From contig CAWJMB010000002.1 of assembly GCA_963843845.1 (NCBI GenBank), forward strand, positions 704,001-768,000: a stretch of DNA of 64,000 nt. Direction: 5' to 3'. Made by a program: the position numbers and the translations under genes. Under the pieces are notes generated by a model, which had not been told where the DNA came from, searched no databases, and saw only the letters and a program-made list of their open reading frames with translations. Below, piece by piece: positions 43,099-52,628 of this stretch. The stretch is from an uncultured Gemmatimonadaceae bacterium (GTDB taxonomy: Bacteria; Gemmatimonadota; Gemmatimonadetes; Gemmatimonadales; Gemmatimonadaceae). Position 1 is the stretch's first letter, and every line of letters starts with the position of its first letter.

Positions 43099-45900
43099 AT
43101 GTCCGACCCCTCGGTCGCCGCCCCGCCGCCCGCCGCGGGGCGCGCGGAGTTCCTCGAGCTCGTGCAGAGCCTCGACGCCATCGTGTGGGAGATGGACGCG
43201 CGCACCTGGCGCTTCACGTTCGTGAGCGACCGCGCCGAGCGCCTCCTGGGCTACCCGGTGCGGCGGTGGTACGACGAGCCGACGTTCTGGCAGGACGTGC
43301 TGCTCGACCCCGAGGACCGCGACTGGGCGGTGGACTTCTGCGTCACGGCCACGAACGAGGCGCGCGACCACGAGTTCCTGTACCGCGCGCGCCACGCCGA
43401 CGGGCAGGTGGTCTGGCTCAAGGACCTCGTGCGCGTCGTGCGCGACGAGGCCGGGGGGGCGCGACTGCTCCGCGGCGTGATGATCGACGTCACGAAGGAG
43501 CAGACCGCGGAGGCGCGTCACGGAGAGCTCGCCGGGATCCTCGACGCCGAGCGTGCGGCGCAGGCGGCGCTCGAGCGGAGCCAGGCGGACCTCCGCCTCG
43601 CGCTCGCCGCGGGGCGGATGGGGACGTGGGAGTGGGACATCGCCGGCGGGATCGTCCACTGGTCGCCCGAGGAGGAGGGGCTGTACGGGCTCACGCCCGG
43701 GAGCTTCGAGGGGACGGCCGAGGCGTACATGCGGCGCGTCCACCCCGACGACCGCGCCGAGGCGTGGCGGCTCGCCGAGGAGGCGCTCGCGCGGCGCGAC
43801 GAGGCGCACCACGTCCTGCACCGCGTCATCCGTCCCGACGGCGCGGTGCGGTGGCTCGAGTCGCACGGCCGCTTCGTCTACGACGCCGACGGCCGCCCGC
43901 TGCGCCTCGTCGGCGTGAGCGCGGACGTCACCGACCGCGTGCACTACCACCGCCTCCAGGACCGGCAGGACGAGATGCTCGCCGCGGTCGACGTGGGGGC
44001 GTGGTACTGCGACCTGCCGTTCGACGAGCTGCAGTGGGACCGCAAGGTGAAGGAGCACTTCTGGCTCGCGCCCGACGCGCGGGTCACGATCGAGACGTTC
44101 TACGAGCGGATCCACCCCGAGGACCGCGACCGCACGCGGCGCGCGATCGAGCGGTCGATCGCCGAGCGGACGCCGTACGACATCGAGTACCGCACGGTGG
44201 CGGCGGACGACGCGCCCGAGCCGGGCGCGGTGCGCTGGGTGCGCGCGATCGGCTACACGGGGTACGACCGGGCGGGGAACCCCGCGCGCTTCGACGGGAT
44301 CACCGTCGACGTGACGCCGCAGAAACGCGCCGCGGAGGCGCTGGCCGAGAGCGAGCGGCGCTACGAGTACGCGGCGCGCGCGACGAGCAACGCGATCTGG
44401 GACTGGGATCTCCTGACCGACCGCGTGCGGTGGAATCCCGGCGTGCACACCGTGTTCGGCTACGACGAGGGGGGGGTCGAGGAGACGGCGGGGTGGTGGT
44501 ACGAGCACATCCACCCCGACGACCGGGAGCGCGTCGTGGCGGGGATCCACGCCGTGATCGACGGCGCCGACGGCGGGCACGGCTGGACGGACGAGTACCG
44601 CTTCCGCCGCGTCGACGGCACGCACGCGACGGTGATCGACCGCGGCTACGTGGCGCGCGACGCGTCGGGGCGCTCGATCCGCATGATCGGCGCGATGGAG
44701 GACGTGACGGCGCGCCGCATCGCCGAGGCGGCGCAGCGCGAGGCGGCGGCGGCGGCGGAGCGGGCCCGCGCGTCGCTGCAGGACGTGTTCGAGCAGGCGC
44801 CGGCGGCGATCTCGGTGACCGAGGGGCCGGAGCACGTCACGGTGAGCCAGAACGCGGTGTCGCGGCAGATGATCGGCGGACGCAGCCTCGTCGGGCAGCG
44901 GCTGATCGACATCATGCCCGACGCCGCGGAGCAAGGGTTCCTCGCGCTCATGAACCGCGTCTACCAGACGGGGGAGCCGTTCGTGGGGAGCGAGATGCCG
45001 GTGCTCTTCGACTTCGACGGCGACGGGGTTGCGGAGGGGCGCTACTTCAACGTCGTGTACCAGCCGATGCGGCACCCCGACGGGAGGTCGCGCGGCGTCC
45101 TCACGCACGCCGTCGAGGTCACGGAGCAGGTGCGCGCTCGGCGCGAGGTGGAGCGGAAGGCGGCGGAGCTCGCGCGGCTCGCTGCGGCGCTCGAGCGGAG
45201 CAACCGCGATCTCGACCAGTTCGCGTACGTCGCCTCGCACGACCTCAAGGCGCCGCTCCGCGGGATCGCCAACCTCACGCAGTGGATCGAGGAGGACCTC
45301 GGCGAGCGCGTCACCGGCGAGTCGCGCGAGCACATGCGGCTGCTCAAGGGGCGCGTGCAGCGGCTGGAGGCGCTCATCGACGGCGTGCTCACGTACTCTC
45401 GCGCCGGCCGCGTGCGCGTCGCGCCGGAGCCGGTGGACCTCGGCGCGCTCGCGCGCGAGGTGGCGGAGCTCGTGAGCCCGCCGCCCGGCGCCCGTGTGGA
45501 GATCGCGCCCGACCTGCCGACGATCGTGGCCGAGCGCGTCCCGCTGCAGCAGGTGCTGCTGAACCTGATCGCCAACGGGTTGAAGTTCACGGCGGCCTAC
45601 CGCCCCGACCCGGTCGTCCGCGTGGGGTGGCGCGATGCGGGGGAGCACGTGGAGCTCACGGTGGCGGACAACGGCCCCGGGATCGCGCCGGAGTACCACG
45701 ACCGGATCTGGGGGATCTTCCAGACGCTCGAGGCGCGCGACAAGGTCGAGGGGACGGGGATCGGGCTGTCGGTCGTGAAGCGGATCGTCGAGACGCGCGG
45801 CGGGCGCGCGTGGCTGGAGTCGGCGCCCGGCGCCGGCGCGACGTTCCACGTCGAGCTGCCGAAGGACGCGCGCGCGAGCGACGTGGCCGACGAGCGCTGA
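43099..45900 (+). CDS. Multi-PAS sensor histidine kinase
   Basis: Repeated PAS_3 (HPDD/HPED) domains; YVASHDLKAPLR H-box; DNGPG, GIGLS. Confidence 0.92.
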   Translation: MSDPSVAAPPPAAGRAEFLELVQSLDAIVWEMDARTWRFTFVSDRAERLLGYPVRRWYDEPTFWQDVLLDPEDRDWAVDFCVTATNEARDHEFLYRARHADGQVVWLKDLVRVVRDEAGGARLLRGVMIDVTKEQTAEARHGELAGILDAERAAQAALERSQADLRLALAAGRMGTWEWDIAGGIVHWSPEEEGLYGLTPGSFEGTAEAYMRRVHPDDRAEAWRLAEEALARRDEAHHVLHRVIRPDGAVRWLESHGRFVYDADGRPLRLVGVSADVTDRVHYHRLQDRQDEMLAAVDVGAWYCDLPFDELQWDRKVKEHFWLAPDARVTIETFYERIHPEDRDRTRRAIERSIAERTPYDIEYRTVAADDAPEPGAVRWVRAIGYTGYDRAGNPARFDGITVDVTPQKRAAEALAESERRYEYAARATSNAIWDWDLLTDRVRWNPGVHTVFGYDEGGVEETAGWWYEHIHPDDRERVVAGIHAVIDGADGGHGWTDEYRFRRVDGTHATVIDRGYVARDASGRSIRMIGAMEDVTARRIAEAAQREAAAAAERARASLQDVFEQAPAAISVTEGPEHVTVSQNAVSRQMIGGRSLVGQRLIDIMPDAAEQGFLALMNRVYQTGEPFVGSEMPVLFDFDGDGVAEGRYFNVVYQPMRHPDGRSRGVLTHAVEVTEQVRARREVERKAAELARLAAALERSNRDLDQFAYVASHDLKAPLRGIANLTQWIEEDLGERVTGESREHMRLLKGRVQRLEALIDGVLTYSRAGRVRVAPEPVDLGALAREVAELVSPPPGARVEIAPDLPTIVAERVPLQQVLLNLIANGLKFTAAYRPDPVVRVGWRDAGEHVELTVADNGPGIAPEYHDRIWGIFQTLEARDKVEGTGIGLSVVKRIVETRGGRAWLESAPGAGATFHVELPKDARASDVADER

Positions 45901-45973
45901 GGGGCGAGCGCTGAGGCGGCGGTCCGCGCGACGCCGCTTGCCGGCGCGCGGACCGCTCCGCACCTTCGCTCGC

Positions 45974-47761
45974 ATGCCCTCGCCCTCCTGCACTCTCCGC
46001 GCGACGCCCTCGCCGCGCGTCAGGCGCGTCGCGCTCGCCGCGGCGGCCGCGCTGGCGGCGCTGGCGGCGCTGGCGGCGCTGGCCGCGTGCGCGCCGGCCG
46101 CCACGCCGGGCTCCGGCCCCGCCGCGAGCCCGGCCCGGACGGGCACCTACGACGTCGTCATCGAGAACGGCCGGGTCGTCGACGGCACCGGCGCCGCGTG
46201 GTTCCACGGCGACGTCGGCGTCGTCGGCGACCGGATCGCGCGGATCGCGCCGCCGGGCGCGCTGCGCTCGGCGGCGGCGCGGCGGCGGATCGACGCGCGC
46301 GGGATGATCGTCGCGCCGGGGTTCATCGACATCCAGAGCGGCTCGTACGGCAGCTTCGTCGGCACGGGCGACGGGCGCTCGGTGAGCAAGATCGCCCAGG
46401 GGATCACGACCGAGATCATGGGCGAGGGGGGGACGCCGGCGCCGGTGAACCCCGCGGCGCAGACCACCGGGAGCTTCGCGTTGGGCAGCCGCGGCGCGAC
46501 GAGCTTCGCCGGCCCGCGCGGCTTCGGCGCCTGGCTCGACGCGATGGCGCGCCACGGCTCGGCGCCGAACGTCGGCTCGTTCGTCGGCGCGGCGACGGTG
46601 CGTGTCTACGCGAAAGGCGAGGCGCAGGGCGCGCCGACGCCGGCGGAGCTCGACACGATGCGCGCCGTCGTGCGGCGCGCGATGGAGGACGGCGCGTTCG
46701 GCATCGGCTCGGCGCTCATCTACCCGCCCGGCAACTACGCGACGACGGCCGAGCTGATCGAGATGGCGAAGGCGATGGCGCCGTTCGGCGGCGTCTACAT
46801 CACGCACATGCGCTCCGAGGGGGATCAGCTCCTCGAAGCGGTCGACGAGGCGATGCGGATCGGGCGCGAGGGGGGCGTGCCGGTCGAGATCTACCACCTC
46901 AAGGCGGCGGGGCGGCGCAACTGGCCGAAGATGGCGCAGGCGATCGCGCGGATCGACTCGGCGCGGCGCGCGGGGCTCGACGTGCAGGCGGACATGTACC
47001 CCTACCCCGCCGGCGGCACCGGGCTCTCGGCGTGCACGCCGCCGTGGGCGTCGGAGAACGGGCGGCTGATCGAGAACCTGCAGACGCCCGCGACGCGCGC
47101 GCGCGTGCGCGCCGAGATGCTGAGCGAGCAGACGGAGTGGGAGAACCTCTGCGCGCTCGCCTCGCCCGAGGGGGTGCTGCTGCTCGGCCTGCGCCAGCCG
47201 CAGCACGCGGGCTACGTGGGCAAGCGGCTCGGCGAGGTCGCGACGGCGATGGGGAAGGCGTGGCCGGACGCGGTGATGGATCTGCTGATCGCCGAGCGGC
47301 AGCGGATCGGCACGGTGTACTTCCTCATGAGCGAGGACAACGTGCGGCTCGGGCTGCGGCAGCCGTGGATGAAGTTCGGCACGGACGCCGGCGGCGCGGA
47401 CCCGGACAGCGCGCAGGGGACGCTGACGCACCCGCGCGCCTACGGCAACTTCCCGAAGATCATGGGGCAGTACGTGCGCGACGAGGGGGTGATGCCGCTC
47501 GAGGAGGCGGTGCGCAAGGCGACGTCGGCGGTCGCGACGCGGCTCGCGATCGGGGAGCGGGGGCTCGTGCGCGAGGGGTTCTTCGCCGACCTCGTGGTGT
47601 TCGACCCCGCGACGATCGCCGACCGCGCGACGTACGACCGGCCGCACCAGCTGCCGTCGGGGATCCCGTGGGTGCTCGTGAACGGCGTGCCGGTGGTCGC
47701 GGAGGGGAAGGCGACGGGGGCGACGCCGGGGCGCGTGCTGCGGGGGCGCGGGGCGCGTTAG
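45974..47761 (+). CDS. N-acyl-D-amino-acid deacylase family amidohydrolase (lipoprotein)
   Basis: VAPGFID, THMRSEG, YHLK, HPRAYGNF, ADLVVFDP; lipobox LAAC. Confidence 0.9.
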   Translation: MPSPSCTLRATPSPRVRRVALAAAAALAALAALAALAACAPAATPGSGPAASPARTGTYDVVIENGRVVDGTGAAWFHGDVGVVGDRIARIAPPGALRSAAARRRIDARGMIVAPGFIDIQSGSYGSFVGTGDGRSVSKIAQGITTEIMGEGGTPAPVNPAAQTTGSFALGSRGATSFAGPRGFGAWLDAMARHGSAPNVGSFVGAATVRVYAKGEAQGAPTPAELDTMRAVVRRAMEDGAFGIGSALIYPPGNYATTAELIEMAKAMAPFGGVYITHMRSEGDQLLEAVDEAMRIGREGGVPVEIYHLKAAGRRNWPKMAQAIARIDSARRAGLDVQADMYPYPAGGTGLSACTPPWASENGRLIENLQTPATRARVRAEMLSEQTEWENLCALASPEGVLLLGLRQPQHAGYVGKRLGEVATAMGKAWPDAVMDLLIAERQRIGTVYFLMSEDNVRLGLRQPWMKFGTDAGGADPDSAQGTLTHPRAYGNFPKIMGQYVRDEGVMPLEEAVRKATSAVATRLAIGERGLVREGFFADLVVFDPATIADRATYDRPHQLPSGIPWVLVNGVPVVAEGKATGATPGRVLRGRGAR

Positions 47762-47841
47762 GCACCCGCCGCAGGGTCGGGCGATCCAGTCGGACATCCA
47801 TGCGGCCGCACACGATCGGCCCCCCTCGCCACTCGCCCCAC

Positions 47842-49113
47842 GTGACGTCTCACTTCGCCTTCCGATCCTCACACGCCGACGGCTCCGCACGCCTCGGCGA
47901 GTTCACGACGCCGCACGGCACGGTCGAGACGCCGGCGTTCATGCCCGTCGGGACGCACGGCGCCATCCGCGGGCTGGCGATGGAGGAGGTCGCGGCCGTC
48001 GGCGGCCGGATGATCCTCGCGAACGCCTATCATCTGTACCTGCGCCCGGGCGACGCGCTCGTGCGCGCGTTGGGCGGGCTGCACGCGTTCACGCGGTGGG
48101 ACGGGCCGATGCTCACCGACTCGGGGGGTTTCCAGGTGTTCTCGCTCGCCAAGCTGCGGACGGTGCGCGAGGAGGGGATCGAGTTCCGCAGTCATCTCGA
48201 CGGCTCGCTGCACGCGTACACGCCGGAGCGCGTCATGGCGATCGAGCGCAACCTCGGCGCCGACGTCATCATGCAGCTCGACGAGCTGATCGCCGGCGGG
48301 GCGGACGTGCCGACGGCGCGCGCGGCGATGGAGCGCAGCCTTCGCTGGCTCGACCGGTGCCGCGTCGCGTTCGACGCGATCACCCGCGACGGCCGCGCGC
48401 CGCTCGCTGCGTCGGAGCCGTTGGACGCCGCGCCGCGCGCGCCGGCGTTCGCGCCGCCGCGGGGGACGGCCGCCGCGGCGCACGACGATCTCGCCGCGCC
48501 GCCGCAGGCGCTCTTCCCGATCGTGCAGGGCGGCACGCACGCGGCGCTCCGTCGCGAGTCGGTGCGCGGCATCCTGGCGGCCGGCGACTGGGAGGGGATC
48601 GCGATCGGCGGGCTCTCGGTCGGCGAGCCGAAGCCCGCGATGCACGGAACGCTCGAGACGTGCGACGCCGTGCTGCCGCGCGCGATCCCGCGCTACCTCA
48701 TGGGCGTCGGCTTTCCGGACGATCTCGTCGAGGGGGTGCGGCGCGGCGTCGATCTGTTCGACTGCGTCGCGCCGACGCGGATGGGGCAGGACGGCACGGC
48801 GTTCACGCCGGACGGCAAGGTGCAGATCCGGCGGAGCAGCTTTCGCACCGACCGGCGGCCGCTCGTCGACGGATGCGGCTGTCCGTGCTGCACGCGCTAC
48901 GACCGCGCGTACATGCGCCACCTCTTCGTCGCCCGCGAGACGCTGGGAGAGCGCCTGCTCGCGCTGCACAACCTCGCGTTCCTGATGGCGACGATGCGCG
49001 AGGCGCGCGCTGCGCTCGGTGCGGGAATGTTCGCCGGCTGGAGCGAGGCGTGGCTCGCGCGCTACCGGGCGAACGCGTGGGCCGCGCCGGCGGAGGAGGC
49101 GTCACCCTCATGA
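47842..49113 (+). CDS. tgt: tRNA-guanine transglycosylase
   Basis: TPAFMPVGT, LTDSGGFQ, GGLSVGE, RYLMGVG, FDCV.PTR, CGCPCC..HNL zinc site. Confidence 0.93.
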   Translation: MTSHFAFRSSHADGSARLGEFTTPHGTVETPAFMPVGTHGAIRGLAMEEVAAVGGRMILANAYHLYLRPGDALVRALGGLHAFTRWDGPMLTDSGGFQVFSLAKLRTVREEGIEFRSHLDGSLHAYTPERVMAIERNLGADVIMQLDELIAGGADVPTARAAMERSLRWLDRCRVAFDAITRDGRAPLAASEPLDAAPRAPAFAPPRGTAAAAHDDLAAPPQALFPIVQGGTHAALRRESVRGILAAGDWEGIAIGGLSVGEPKPAMHGTLETCDAVLPRAIPRYLMGVGFPDDLVEGVRRGVDLFDCVAPTRMGQDGTAFTPDGKVQIRRSSFRTDRRPLVDGCGCPCCTRYDRAYMRHLFVARETLGERLLALHNLAFLMATMREARAALGAGMFAGWSEAWLARYRANAWAAPAEEASPS

Positions 49114-49138
49114 CGTACGTCTCCTGCCCCGCGCCACG

Positions 49139-50011
49139 TCACTGCACGGCGCCACGTCGGAACCGCGCCTCGCCGCTGTCGACGTACGCGCGGTAGCCCG
49201 CCGGGTCGATGAACGGGTCGACGGGATTCCTGGCCGAGTCGCGCGCGACGAACTTGCGGTAGCGGCCCCAGAGTCGCGCGTGCGAGCTGACCCAGACGTC
49301 GGCGGGGAGGGCGCGCAGCCGGCGGAACGTGCGCTCGAAGTCGGCCGCCTGTCCCGGGTACGACATGCCGCCGAGCCGCACGAGGCTGCACGCGCTGACG
49401 ACGTGCAGCACGCGGTCGCCGTCGCGCACGTCGAACGACCACGTCGTGCAGCCGCGCGTGTGGCCGCCGGTGACGTGCGCCGCGAGCGCGATCGGCCCGA
49501 CGCGCACGGTGTCGCCGTCCCTGAAGCGGCCGTCGACGCGCGCCGGCGGGTAGCCGAGGACGCCGAGCCGGAAGAGCAGGCGCAACGGCCAGATCGCGTC
49601 CGGGTCCTCGCCGCCGGCCGCGATGACGCGGGCGCTCGCGTCGCTCGCCAGCAGCCGCGCGCCGCTCGCGCGCTGCAACTCGGCCAGCCCGCCGGCGTGG
49701 TCGGGGTGGGGCTCCGAGTTGAGCAGCACCTTCACGTCGCGAATGTCGACGCCGAGCCGGGCGATGCTCGCGAGGATGAGAGGGGGCGTGCCGGGATAGC
49801 CGCCGTCGATGAGGACGTGGCCGTTCGGGCCGGTGAGCAGGAAGGCCGCGACGTCGTTCGCGCCGACGTAGTAGAGGGTGCCCGCGATGCGGAACGGCTC
49901 GGCGGGACGCTGGCCGCCGCGGTCGCCGGCCGCCTTCCACGCGCGGAAGAGGAAGGCGGCGGCGACGAGCGCCGCGGCGGCGAGCACGATCAGTGCGCGG
50001 CGCCTGGTCAC
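49139..50011 (-). CDS. Subclass B3 metallo-beta-lactamase-like protein, E116 variant
   Basis: PFRIAGTLYYVG, LLNSEPHPDHAGG, GHTRGCT, SSH; N-terminal anchor. Confidence 0.88.
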   Translation of the reverse strand: MTRRRALIVLAAAALVAAAFLFRAWKAAGDRGGQRPAEPFRIAGTLYYVGANDVAAFLLTGPNGHVLIDGGYPGTPPLILASIARLGVDIRDVKVLLNSEPHPDHAGGLAELQRASGARLLASDASARVIAAGGEDPDAIWPLRLLFRLGVLGYPPARVDGRFRDGDTVRVGPIALAAHVTGGHTRGCTTWSFDVRDGDRVLHVVSACSLVRLGGMSYPGQAADFERTFRRLRALPADVWVSSHARLWGRYRKFVARDSARNPVDPFIDPAGYRAYVDSGEARFRRGAVQ

Positions 50012-50136
50012 GGCACGCGGGCGCCGGGGTCGCGTTCGGGGTACGTCGTCGAGCGGCCGCGGACGGCGAGGTGCATGGAAGCGGGGGCAGGTGCGCTAGC
50101 TTCGGAGCCGCGGCCAGACCGCGACGAGGAGAGATC

Positions 50137-51444
50137 ATGAATAAAGAACTTCGTATCGTAAAGTTCGGCGCGGCTGCGCGCAAGGCGGTGGGGCGGCCGG
50201 CGCGTGCCGGCGCCCGCGCCGCCGTGGTGGCGCTCGCCGCCGGCGCGTGTCTCGTCGCCGTCGCGTGCGCCGAGCGCGCGCAGTCGGCGGACGTGCCGCA
50301 GAACGGTGCCACGTCCGGCGCGGGCGCGCGGCGCGTCGTCGACTCGCAGCCGCCACGCCCGCCGGTCGACTCGTTCGCCGCCGCGGCGCGGGCGACCGCG
50401 TTCGACACGACGCCGCTGCCCCCGCGCACTGCCCCGCCGCCGAACGCGACCCCGGCGGCAGGCGCGGCGGCCGGCGCGGCGGCGGGCGCGGCGGCGGGGG
50501 CGGCGGCCGGCGCGGCGGCGACTCCGGCAGCGACGCCGGCAGCGACGCCGCCCCGCAAGGCGAGCGTCGTCGAAGGACCGAAGGCGGGCGACCGCCACGT
50601 CGCGTTCCGCGACGTCGGCAGCGACCTCGACTCGCTCTGGCCGGTGAAGACGCCGCCGCCGCTTCCCGGGTCGATCCTCCCGGCGCGGCGCATCGTCGCC
50701 TACTACGGCAACCCGAAGTCGACGCGCATGGGCGTCCTCGGCGCGCTGCCCCCCGACTCGATGCTCGCGAAGCTCGACGAGGAGGTCGCGGCGTGGACGC
50801 GGCTCGACCCGGCGCATCCGGCGCAGCCGGCGCTGCACCTCATCGTCCTCGTCGCCGACGCCCGGCCGGGAACGACGGGGCTGTACCGCACGCGCCACGA
50901 CAGCGCGATGATCGAGCAGGTGTATGGCTGGGCGCGGAGCCGCAACGCGCTGCTCTTCCTCGACCTCCAGGTCGGACGGAGCACGCTCCAGCACGAGCTG
51001 CCGTGGATCGAGAAGTTCCTCGTTCGCCCAGACGTGCACCTCGGCATCGACCCCGAGTTCTCGATGAAGAACGGCGGCGTTCCGGGGCGCCGCATCGGGA
51101 CGTACGACGCGGCCGACGTCAACTACGCGTCGCGCTTCCTCGCCGCCCTCGTACGGAAGCACGCGCTGCCGCCGAAGATCCTCGTCGTGCACCGCTTCAC
51201 GCCGGGCGGCGTCACGAATGCGTCGAAGATCGCGCTCGACCCGGCCGTGCAGATCGTCATGCACATGGACGGCTTCGGGCCGCCGTGGATGAAGCGTGAC
51301 ACGTACTGGCGCGACATCAAGCGCGAGCCGGTGCAGTTCGCCGGCTGGAAGCAGTTCACGAAGCTCAAGAACGACCGCCCGCCGACGCCGCGCTCGGAGA
51401 TCCTGCGGCTGTGGCCGGCGCCGCTCTACATCCAGGTTCAGTGA
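50137..51444 (+). CDS. Conserved-looking hypothetical secreted/lipoprotein with an Ala/Pro linker
   Basis: Hydrophobic leader with Cys; AAAG/ATPA repeats; globular domain RRIVAYYGNP..HLGIDPEF..MDGFG. Confidence 0.8.
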   Translation: MNKELRIVKFGAAARKAVGRPARAGARAAVVALAAGACLVAVACAERAQSADVPQNGATSGAGARRVVDSQPPRPPVDSFAAAARATAFDTTPLPPRTAPPPNATPAAGAAAGAAAGAAAGAAAGAAATPAATPAATPPRKASVVEGPKAGDRHVAFRDVGSDLDSLWPVKTPPPLPGSILPARRIVAYYGNPKSTRMGVLGALPPDSMLAKLDEEVAAWTRLDPAHPAQPALHLIVLVADARPGTTGLYRTRHDSAMIEQVYGWARSRNALLFLDLQVGRSTLQHELPWIEKFLVRPDVHLGIDPEFSMKNGGVPGRRIGTYDAADVNYASRFLAALVRKHALPPKILVVHRFTPGGVTNASKIALDPAVQIVMHMDGFGPPWMKRDTYWRDIKREPVQFAGWKQFTKLKNDRPPTPRSEILRLWPAPLYIQVQ

Positions 51445-52127
51445 AGCCGTTCGAGCGACTCGGCGAGGCGCGAACGCCGGACGGCAGCGTGCTCACGCTC
51501 TACCGGCACGACGGCTCGTATCTCATCTGCGCGAACGGCATCGAACTCATGTCGACGCGGCGCCACCTCTCCGAGGACCGGCTGGCCGAGGTCGCCTGCG
51601 AGCCGCTCCGAGAGCGCGCCGGCGCGCGCGTGCTGATCGGCGGGCTCGGGCTCGGCTTCACGCTGCGCGCCGCGTTAGGCACCCTGCCGGCGGACGCCGA
51701 GGTCGTGGTGGCGGAGCTCGTGCCCGAGGTGATCGCGTGGAACACCGATCCGCGCTACGCGCTGTCCGGCGAGGCGATCGGCGACCCGCGGGTGCGCGTG
51801 GTGTGCGACGACGTGTCGAACGTGCTCGCCGCGAACGCGGACGGGTTCGACGCGATCATGCTCGACACCGACAACGGACCGGACGGGATGTTGATGTCCG
51901 AGAACGCGCGGCTGTACGCGGCGCGCGGCGTCGAGCGGACGGTGGCCGCGCTGCGCGACGGGGGGCGGATCGTGTACTGGTCGGTCGGCGACGACCCGCG
52001 ATTCGTGCGCGCGCTGCGGCGCGCCGGCCTCCGCGTGGAGACGCTGCGCGTGCGCGCGCACGACACCGTCCGCTCGACGCACACGCTCTACGTGGCGACG
52101 CCGATGCGGCAGCGGCCTAACGCGTAG
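51441..52127 (+). CDS. Spermidine-synthase-like SAM-dependent protein
   Basis: VLIGGLGLGFT, DAIMLDTDNGP; GTGA overlap with the upstream stop. Confidence 0.88.
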   Translation: MKPFERLGEARTPDGSVLTLYRHDGSYLICANGIELMSTRRHLSEDRLAEVACEPLRERAGARVLIGGLGLGFTLRAALGTLPADAEVVVAELVPEVIAWNTDPRYALSGEAIGDPRVRVVCDDVSNVLAANADGFDAIMLDTDNGPDGMLMSENARLYAARGVERTVAALRDGGRIVYWSVGDDPRFVRALRRAGLRVETLRVRAHDTVRSTHTLYVATPMRQRPNA

Positions 52128-52628
52128 CACTGCTCCGCCGCACCTCGCCAGCGGTCGCCTGGCGCGGATGCGAGCACTCGCCATGCGGACGCGCCGCACG
52201 GCGCCAGCGCCTCCGGTCGTCGGGCACGTCGCCTGGTTCGCGCGCGACGGTCCCGAGCGCGGAGCAGGCGATGGACTGCCGCCCGACGCGGACGGGGCGC
52301 GATGTCGCGAACCGTGCCGTCGCGCGTGCGGAGATGCGCGCGTGGCCCGCCATTGCGGGTGTGGCGGGTGCCGGTATATTCGCGGCCGCGCGCCTGATCG
52401 ACTCCCACCCGGTCGCCGGCTCGCCGCTGCCGATACCCCCGCCTGCCACGCGGCGCCACGTCGCGGCCGCCGGCCTCCCTCCACGGGCTGTTCCAGGATG
52501 CGTGCGGCACCGGGCTGCCGCGCGTCGGGTTCCGCTGGCTGACGCGACGGGGCAGCGCCGCGCCGGCCGGGCACTGCCCCAACGCACGCGAGCACGCCGA
52601 CCCTTCGGCGACTCGGCGGTTCGGCCCC

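Noticed and set aside
46087..47841. Apparent 1008-aa Tgt fusion
   Set aside because: The upstream part is an alternative frame of the aminoacylase; Tgt similarity starts near 47842
52130..52628. 500-bp gap as a riboswitch or small-gene site
   Set aside because: No recognisable conserved RNA motif or convincing ORF
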